From an uncultured Pelagibacteraceae bacterium (GTDB taxonomy: Bacteria; Pseudomonadota; Alphaproteobacteria; Pelagibacterales; Pelagibacteraceae): a DNA stretch of 64,000 nt. Shown here in pieces: positions 57,245 to 64,000 of this stretch (within the stretch, counting starts at the first letter, position 1; each line of letters opens with the position of its first letter). The notes under the pieces were generated by a model. The model made no database searches, had not been told where the DNA came from, and was given only the letters and a program-made list of their open reading frames with translations. A program made the translations under genes and the position numbers. The stretch spans positions 3,153 through 67,152 of the forward strand of contig CACBIC010000004.1 in assembly GCA_902539235.1 (NCBI GenBank). Direction: 5' to 3'.

Positions 57245-59312
57245 GTTTACCAACATGATTTGCCTTGCTAACAATACCTTTTTCTTCCATCATATCAATA
57301 ATTCTAGCAGCTCTATTGTATCCGATTTGTAATTTTCTCTGTAAAAAACTTGTAGAGGCTTTTCCTTCAGATTTTATGATTTCTACAGCCTGATTAAATA
57401 ATTCATCTTCATCTCCCTCACTTCCAAGAGTTAATGAGCTTTCAGTTGTTTCTTGAGAAGTAATTTCCTCCATATAATCTGGCTCTCCTTGTGCTCTTAA
57501 TGAATTTGTAATTTTCTCAATTTCTTCTTCAGAAACATATGGACCATGAATTCTAACTATTCTGTTTGCTGATGACATAAATAACATGTCTCCTTTTCCA
57601 AGTAATTGTTCAGCACCCTGCTCCCCTAAAATTGTTCTACTATCAATCTTGGAACTAACTTGAAAAGATATTCTTGTTGGGAAATTCGCTTTTATTGTAC
57701 CTGTTATAACATCGACACTTGGTCTCTGCGTAGCCATGATGATATGAATACCTGCAGCTCTTGCCATTTGTGATAATTTTTGAATATAGTTTTCAATTTC
57801 TTTTCCAGCTACAAGCATTAAGTCTGACATCTCATCAACCACTACAACGATGTAAGGCATTTTGAGTTTATGTTTAGCGTTATAGCCATCAATGTTTCTC
57901 ACTCCTACCTTGCTCATTAATTTATATCTGCTGTTCATTTCTTTGACTGTCCAAGATAAAGCTGATGTAGCTTTTTTAGCATCAGTAATAACTGGAGTTA
58001 ACAAATGAGGTATTCCTTCGTAAGTAGATAGTTCTAACATTTTTGGATCAATTAAAATAAATTTACAAAGATCCGGACTTAGTTTGTAAAGCAGTGAGAC
58101 GATTATAGTATTAATGCAAACAGATTTTCCTGAACCAGTGGTACCTGCAATTAAAAGATGAGGCATTGATGTTAAATCACCAACAATTGGCATTCCCGAA
58201 ATACTTTTACCTAATGCTATCGGAAGTCTTACATCTTTCTTTAAAAATTTATCATAAGAAATAATTTCTCTTAGTGATACACCCTCTCTTTGCTCGTTTG
58301 GAATTTCAATCCCAACCGTATTTTTTCCTGGAATGACTGAAACTCTTGTAGAAGTTGAACTAGTATTTCTTGCTAAATCCTCAGATAAATTAATAATTTT
58401 TGATACTTTCACACCAGGGGCTGGCTCGAATTCATAAAGGCTTACTACAGGACCATTATTAATTGTTTTAATTTTTCCGTCTATACCAAAGTCTAATAAT
58501 ATCTTTTCCATAAACTCTGCGTCAGGACGATTTTTATTTCCATCAGAACTAAGTTTAGATAAATTTTTTTCTAAATAATTTATATCTGGTAATTTATATT
58601 TAGTTTTCGTAGTAACTTTCTCTGTTTGAGAACTTGTGTCAGCATCAAATGAAAAAGATTGCTGTGGTTTTTCTAAAGTCTGTGGCTCATCTTCAATATT
58701 AATTTTACTAAAATCTGGTTCAATATTTTCAACAGGCTTTCTTCTAAAAAGTGAAATAATTACTGAGAATACTTTTTTATAATTTATATCGGCTGAAAAT
58801 GAAAAAAAAATTATAGTTAATAAAAGCAGTCCATAAATCGAGTATGGGCTATTTATCCATGGAGCCCAAGTATTGATAAAGTTATAGGTAATTTTTCCTA
58901 CAAAACCTGAATTGCCATTGTCGATTAGCCAAAAAGAATTATCGAAAGTTAAATAGATAAAAACTGTGCCAACAACCAAATAGGCTATAACTAAAAATAG
59001 TTTTAAAATTATTCTTCTTAATTCTTTCTTTATTATTAAATCTAATCCCCAAAATAAAAAATTAAGTAATAATAAAAAAGAAGCCAAACCAAAACTTTGT
59101 AATAAAAAATCTGCAACACTACTTCCATATATCCCAAAAAAATTTTGGATCTCGAAGCTCCTATCTCCATAAATAAATGAAGGATCTTCAGGAGAATATG
59201 TTGTAAAGGCTATTGCGAGTGCGACACTTGATAAAACCAAGATTAATCCTAGCAATTCAAAGGTTCGCTTTTTCAAAAAATTTGTTACACTATCTAAAAA
59301 GTTTGTATTCAT
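57231..59312 (-). CDS. ftsK: DNA translocase FtsK
   Basis: N-terminal TM domain, PHLLIAGTTGSGKS, ATQRPSVD, gamma domain LQRKLQIGYNRAAR. Confidence 0.98.
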   Translation of the reverse strand: MNTNFLDSVTNFLKKRTFELLGLILVLSSVALAIAFTTYSPEDPSFIYGDRSFEIQNFFGIYGSSVADFLLQSFGLASFLLLLNFLFWGLDLIIKKELRRIILKLFLVIAYLVVGTVFIYLTFDNSFWLIDNGNSGFVGKITYNFINTWAPWINSPYSIYGLLLLTIIFFSFSADINYKKVFSVIISLFRRKPVENIEPDFSKINIEDEPQTLEKPQQSFSFDADTSSQTEKVTTKTKYKLPDINYLEKNLSKLSSDGNKNRPDAEFMEKILLDFGIDGKIKTINNGPVVSLYEFEPAPGVKVSKIINLSEDLARNTSSTSTRVSVIPGKNTVGIEIPNEQREGVSLREIISYDKFLKKDVRLPIALGKSISGMPIVGDLTSMPHLLIAGTTGSGKSVCINTIIVSLLYKLSPDLCKFILIDPKMLELSTYEGIPHLLTPVITDAKKATSALSWTVKEMNSRYKLMSKVGVRNIDGYNAKHKLKMPYIVVVVDEMSDLMLVAGKEIENYIQKLSQMARAAGIHIIMATQRPSVDVITGTIKANFPTRISFQVSSKIDSRTILGEQGAEQLLGKGDMLFMSSANRIVRIHGPYVSEEEIEKITNSLRAQGEPDYMEEITSQETTESSLTLGSEGDEDELFNQAVEIIKSEGKASTSFLQRKLQIGYNRAARIIDMMEEKGIVSKANHVGKREVL

Positions 59313-59367
59313 TGCGAATCGATTACGTACTTTTTACCATTTTTATTAAAGTGTTAAAAATTTTTAT

Positions 59368-60477
59368 ATGATAAAACAGAGAATATGTATTGTCGGAGAC
59401 GGTCTTTCAGGCTTAATGACAGCTGTAATTTTATCTAAAGTATCGGGTGTAGAGGTAAATCTAATAGCTAAAAAAGGCATAAAATACGCTGATAAAAGGA
59501 CTACTGCTATTTCAGATACAAATTATAAGTTTATCAATCAAAATATTAAAAGTTTAGGAAAAAAGTTGTTCTGGCCCTCAAAGAATATTGAGCTTTTTTA
59601 CGAGACTTCTAAAGAAAATATAAATTTTTTAAATCTAAATGAAGCAAACTCTAATCTTATGTATGTTTTTGAAAATGATAGAATTAAAAAAATATTATTT
59701 AAAGAAATTTCAAAAAATAAGATTAAACTAATCAGAAAAGACTTAAAAAACTTAGGTGAATTGAAAAATTATGATTTGATTATCCTCTGTATAGGAGGAC
59801 AATCTAAAATTTACAATAATATAACAAAAATTAGATCTATCAAGAAAGATTATAAAGAAATAGCTATTACAGGATATGTTAAACACAATTTTAAGACACT
59901 CAACACAAGCCAATTTTTTTTAAAAGAGGGACCGTTAGCTATACTTCCTTTTTCAAAGAATTATTTCTCTTTTGTTTGGAGTGTAAAAAAATATTTTTTT
60001 GAAAATAATTCAAAAAAAATTACAGCTTTAGTTAAAAACAAATTAGCAGAGAACTTGGAGAATAAACAAGATATCACTATTAGTAATATTCAGTCGTATC
60101 CTGTTTCTCTAAGTTTAAGACGACAGTATCATCAAAAAAATATATTAATCCTTGGTGAGGGTTTGCACACCATTCATCCTGTAGCTGGTCAAGGTTTTAA
60201 TCTAGTTCTAAGGGATATAAAAAAACTAGAAGAAATTATTAAATATTATGTGCGTTTAGGCATTTCTATTAAAAATAGCAACGCGCTAAATGATTTTTAT
60301 AATAGCAGAAAACCCGAAAATACTATCATGAGTTTAGGTGTTGATGCTACACATAGTTTCTTTAAACAAAATAAATATTTGGATCCATTCAAAGAAATAA
60401 TTGTAAAAAATATTAAGAACAATGAGACTTTAAAAAAATTTAGTAAAATAATCTCTAATCGAGGTTTATCATTATAA
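59368..60477 (+). CDS. UbiH/UbiL-family FAD-dependent hydroxylase (divergent)
   Basis: GDGLSG, DKRTTAIS, GPLAILP, HTIHPVAGQGFNL. Confidence 0.82.
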   Translation: MIKQRICIVGDGLSGLMTAVILSKVSGVEVNLIAKKGIKYADKRTTAISDTNYKFINQNIKSLGKKLFWPSKNIELFYETSKENINFLNLNEANSNLMYVFENDRIKKILFKEISKNKIKLIRKDLKNLGELKNYDLIILCIGGQSKIYNNITKIRSIKKDYKEIAITGYVKHNFKTLNTSQFFLKEGPLAILPFSKNYFSFVWSVKKYFFENNSKKITALVKNKLAENLENKQDITISNIQSYPVSLSLRRQYHQKNILILGEGLHTIHPVAGQGFNLVLRDIKKLEEIIKYYVRLGISIKNSNALNDFYNSRKPENTIMSLGVDATHSFFKQNKYLDPFKEIIVKNIKNNETLKKFSKIISNRGLSL

Positions 60478-60481
60478 TTCA

Positions 60482-61810
60482 ATGAACATTTATGCTTTAT
60501 CTTCGGGTAGAGGACCCTCTGGAATAGCTATCGTTCGAATATCAGGCAGTGAAACACTTAAGATTTGCCAAAATTTAACTAATTCTAAAGATATAAAGTC
60601 GAACGAAGTCAATTTTTGTAAGTTCTATGACCCTAACAACGGCACAGTAATAGATCCGGAGGCTTTATTATTGTGGTTTCCTGGGCCAAATAGTTATACT
60701 GGTGAAGACTTAGCAGAATTACAGATTCATGGAAGTAATGCGGTAATAAACGCTCTATTGAGAGTCTTGTCAGAGCAAAAAAACTGCAGACTAGCTGAAC
60801 CAGGCGAGTTCACTAAAATTGCATTTCAAAATGATAAAATCGATTTGTTAAAAGCGGAAAGCATAGGAGATCTTATCCATTCCGAAACAGAACTACAAAG
60901 ACAGCAAGCAATAAAATTAGTTCAGGGAAACGCATCAAATTATTATAATGATCTGAGGGAAAAAATAATAAAATCTCTTGCCTTTATAGAAGCTAAAATT
61001 GATTTTGCAGAAGAAGATCTTCCAGAAAAAGTACTAAAAGATGCTCATAAATCAATTAAAGAAATTCATTCAGAAATTACAAAAATTATTGAAGATAACA
61101 AAGTTGGAGAGAAAATTAGAGATGGTTTCAGAGTTTCAATTACAGGAGAAGTTAATGCTGGAAAATCATCATTACTAAATCTACTTTCTAAAAGAGAGGT
61201 AGCTATTGTTTCAGATGAGGCTGGCACGACTAGAGATGTTATAGAAACCTATTTAAATTTGGATGGATACCCTGTAATCCTAGCTGATACTGCTGGTATA
61301 AGAGAAGCTAAAAATGAAGTTGAGAAAAAAGGTATTTCTTTAGCTTTAGGTAAATCAAAAGAAGCAGATTTAAATATAGTTGTCATTGATAATTCATCAA
61401 AAAAAATTAACAAAGAAATACTGAATATGATTAACCAAGATACTATAATTCTTCTGAATAAATCCGATGTTTCAGATAAACAAAATCATGAATTTGATGT
61501 TGATACTGTTTTAGCTTCAGTAAAAAATAATAAAAATATCGATAAGTTAATAAATATCATTAAAGCTAAGTTAAACAAAAAATTTACATCCAAAAATAGC
61601 GTTTTAATTACTAGAGAAAGGCACAGAGTAAAGCTTAATGATTGCTTAAAAGAAATTGAAAAGTTTCTTAAAAAGGATCAAAAAAAAGACCTCGAATTAG
61701 CAGCTGAAGATCTAAGAATGGCTGCACGACATCTTGGTAGTATCGTCGGTAAGGTAGATGTGGAAGAAATACTTGGATCTATATTCAAAGACTTCTGTAT
61801 CGGTAAATAA
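60482..61810 (+). CDS. mnmE: tRNA modification GTPase MnmE
   Basis: [33 protein letters not shown] terminus. Confidence 0.98.
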   Translation: MNIYALSSGRGPSGIAIVRISGSETLKICQNLTNSKDIKSNEVNFCKFYDPNNGTVIDPEALLLWFPGPNSYTGEDLAELQIHGSNAVINALLRVLSEQKNCRLAEPGEFTKIAFQNDKIDLLKAESIGDLIHSETELQRQQAIKLVQGNASNYYNDLREKIIKSLAFIEAKIDFAEEDLPEKVLKDAHKSIKEIHSEITKIIEDNKVGEKIRDGFRVSITGEVNAGKSSLLNLLSKREVAIVSDEAGTTRDVIETYLNLDGYPVILADTAGIREAKNEVEKKGISLALGKSKEADLNIVVIDNSSKKINKEILNMINQDTIILLNKSDVSDKQNHEFDVDTVLASVKNNKNIDKLINIIKAKLNKKFTSKNSVLITRERHRVKLNDCLKEIEKFLKKDQKKDLELAAEDLRMAARHLGSIVGKVDVEEILGSIFKDFCIGK

Positions 61811-61851
61811 ATTCTTCTTGTATTCTTAATCTAGACGTTTACATTCACAGA

Positions 61852-63720
61852 ATGAAAAAACAAAGCTATGATGTAGTAGTTATAGGTGGGGGACATGCCG
61901 GATGTGAGGCAGCAGCAGCATCCGCTAGAATGGGCGTAAATACTGCTCTTTTCACACATAAAATAGAGACTATTGGTGAAATGTCCTGCAATCCAGCTAT
62001 TGGTGGACTTGGCAAAGGACATCTTGTTAGAGAAATCGATGCTTTAGATGGTGTGATGGGCGTTGTAGCTGATAAATCAGGTATTCAATTTAGATTATTA
62101 AATAGAAGTCGTGGTCCAGCAGTGCAAGGACCCAGGACTCAGTCAGATAGAGCACTTTATAAAGAACATATGCAAAAAATTTTGCTAAATTATCAAAACT
62201 TAGAAGTAATAGCAGATCCAGTAGTAAAATTCTTGTTTGAGAATAATAAGGTTATAGGATTTATTTGTCAGAGTGGCAAAGAAATAAGGACAAAAGAATT
62301 AATACTGACTACAGGAACCTTTTTAAATGGTTTGATACATATAGGCGAAACACAAATACCAGCAGGTCGTTTTGATGAAAAACCATCTACTGGTTTGAGC
62401 GAGCAATTGTCAAAATTCAAAATGCAAATTGGAAGATTAAAAACAGGAACACCTCCCAGACTAGATGGTGATACAATAAATTATGATGATTTGGAAATGC
62501 AGCCTGCAGACGACGATCATTACTATTTTTCTTTCTTAACGAATAAGATTGATAATAAGCAGATTAAATGCGGGATGACTTACACAAATAATGATGTTCA
62601 TAAAATCATAAGTGATAATATTTCTAGAAGCGCTATGTATTCTGGTAACATTAAAGGAGTAGGTCCAAGATACTGTCCATCAATAGAGGATAAGATCGTT
62701 AAATTTAAGGAAAAAGAAAAGCATCAGATTTTTTTAGAGCCCGAAGGACTAAAGGACAATACTATTTACCCAAATGGCATATCAACTTCTCTTCCAGAGG
62801 AGATACAGCTCAAAATACTGGCTAAAATCAAGGGTTTAGAGCATGTTCGGATGAAGAGGGCTGGATATGCAATTGAGTATGATTATGTGGACCCAAGAGA
62901 GCTAAGAGCTACCTTGGAAACTAAAAAAATTAATTCTTTATTTCTTGCCGGGCAAATTAATGGAACTACAGGGTATGAAGAAGCTGCGGCTCAAGGATTG
63001 ATAGCTGGGATTAATGCGGCTTTAAAAATCAAAAATCAAGAGGAGTTTGTTTTAGATCGATCAACTTCTTATATTGGCGTTATGATTGATGATCTCATTA
63101 CTAAAGGAGTTACAGAACCCTATAGAATGTTCACATCAAGAGCTGAATATAGATTAACTTTAAGAGCAGATAATGCAGATCAAAGACTAACTGATTTCGG
63201 AATTAATCTAAATATAGTGAAACCTGAGAGAAAGAAAATATTTAACGAAAAGAAAAAAAATATTTTTGCTCTCAATAAAATTTTAAAAAATAATTATTTA
63301 ACTCCCAATCAAGCTAAAAAATTTGAAATTAAAATTGCAATGGATGGAGTCAAAAGATCTTGTTTAGAGATTATGGGTCAGCGAAAAGTAAATATGGCAA
63401 AAATAAGGCAAGCATTTCCTGATATCCCTAGTTTTCCACGGTCCATAGAAAACCAAGTTGTAACAGATGCCCATTATATGGGTTACTTGGAAAGACAAGA
63501 CAGAGATATCGAGTCATTTAAAAAAGATGAGTCCGTTGTTATACCCGAGGGTATAAATTATGAAAAATTAAGCGGCCTATCTAACGAGATCAAGAGTAAA
63601 CTACTTCAAGTTAAGCCTAAAACATTAGGCCAAGCTATTCGTATAGATGGTGTAACGCCAGCAGCAATAATTATTCTTCTTTCACACATTAAAAAACTTA
63701 GATATAAAGCTACTGCTTAA
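61852..63720 (+). CDS. mnmG: tRNA uridine 5-carboxymethylaminomethyl modification enzyme
   Basis: [46 protein letters not shown]. Confidence 0.98.
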   Translation: MKKQSYDVVVIGGGHAGCEAAAASARMGVNTALFTHKIETIGEMSCNPAIGGLGKGHLVREIDALDGVMGVVADKSGIQFRLLNRSRGPAVQGPRTQSDRALYKEHMQKILLNYQNLEVIADPVVKFLFENNKVIGFICQSGKEIRTKELILTTGTFLNGLIHIGETQIPAGRFDEKPSTGLSEQLSKFKMQIGRLKTGTPPRLDGDTINYDDLEMQPADDDHYYFSFLTNKIDNKQIKCGMTYTNNDVHKIISDNISRSAMYSGNIKGVGPRYCPSIEDKIVKFKEKEKHQIFLEPEGLKDNTIYPNGISTSLPEEIQLKILAKIKGLEHVRMKRAGYAIEYDYVDPRELRATLETKKINSLFLAGQINGTTGYEEAAAQGLIAGINAALKIKNQEEFVLDRSTSYIGVMIDDLITKGVTEPYRMFTSRAEYRLTLRADNADQRLTDFGINLNIVKPERKKIFNEKKKNIFALNKILKNNYLTPNQAKKFEIKIAMDGVKRSCLEIMGQRKVNMAKIRQAFPDIPSFPRSIENQVVTDAHYMGYLERQDRDIESFKKDESVVIPEGINYEKLSGLSNEIKSKLLQVKPKTLGQAIRIDGVTPAAIIILLSHIKKLRYKATA

Positions 63721-64000
63721 TGCAGCAGCTTGAAGTTATAAATATTCTTAAAAAGGATCTAAATTTTACTGATCAATCTATTGAAAAGCTCAAAGAATTT
63801 ACAAAACTGGTTTTAAAGGAAAATAAAAATCATAATTTGATCTCGAAAAGTACAGAAAATCATATTTGGTTAAGACACGTTCTGGATTCGGCACAATTGG
63901 TTAAATTCATCGACTTTAGCTGCAATTCATTAGCAGATCTCGGCAGTGGCGCTGGATTTCCAGGTCTTGTTGTTGAAATATTCAATAAAAATAAGGCTTT
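63720..64000 (+). CDS. rsmG: 16S rRNA m7G527 methyltransferase, 3' end outside window
   Basis: Manual translation from ATG 63720 (TAATG overlap with mnmG) gives MQQLEV...HNLIS...RHVLDSAQL...DLGSGAGFPG. Absent from the ORF track because it is truncated. Confidence 0.95.
   Translation, partial: MQQLEVINILKKDLNFTDQSIEKLKEFTKLVLKENKNHNLISKSTENHIWLRHVLDSAQLVKFIDFSCNSLADLGSGAGFPGLVVEIFNKNKA

Noticed and set aside
52573-59367. Single GANTC sites upstream of hisB and ftsK as cell-cycle methylation switches
   Set aside because: One GANTC per few hundred bp is expected by chance, so this cannot be supported without methylome or conservation data.

Overview
This is an AT-rich, very tightly packed alphaproteobacterial chromosome segment. 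Gene content, gene order and the near absence of intergenic DNA point to SAR11/'Ca. Pelagibacter'; that assignment is inferred and no database search was run. From left to right: the 3' end of ftsY; a ~19 kb minus-strand run (in transcription order hspQ, ccmCDEFGH, PagL-like protein, FMN alpha-hydroxy-acid dehydrogenase, aminotransferase, glcDEF, glyoxylate reductase, TRAP transporter, amidase, DMT permease, hydrolase); housekeeping genes (ispZ, yccA, tas, argG, folD, hemCD, tsaD); an acetate module (acs, DUF4212, ActP-like Na+:solute symporter); rpe-purH; tRNA-Gly(GCC); the classic alphaproteobacterial origin neighbourhood (rho-hemJ-hemH-hemE | oriC candidate | ppsR-maf-aroE-coaE-dnaQ); secB/fxsA/tim44/smr; hslUV; the his operon; lolA-ftsK; and ubiH-like-mnmE-mnmG-rsmG (partial). 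I saw no mobile elements, CRISPR arrays or rRNA. The most notable observations are: (1) a ~50-aa protamine/histone-like Lys/Arg tail fused in frame to acetyl-CoA synthetase; (2) an unannotated hairpin with an anti-Shine-Dalgarno loop, a candidate sRNA, between hspQ and ccmC; (3) SD-sequestering leaders ahead of two carbon transporters, which with (2) may form a translational control layer over carbon uptake; (4) an amidase-TRAP-glycolate oxidase cluster suggesting a small-amide scavenging route; (5) RpoH-like promoters placed to give leaderless mRNAs; (6) non-canonical DnaA-box-like repeats at the probable oriC.
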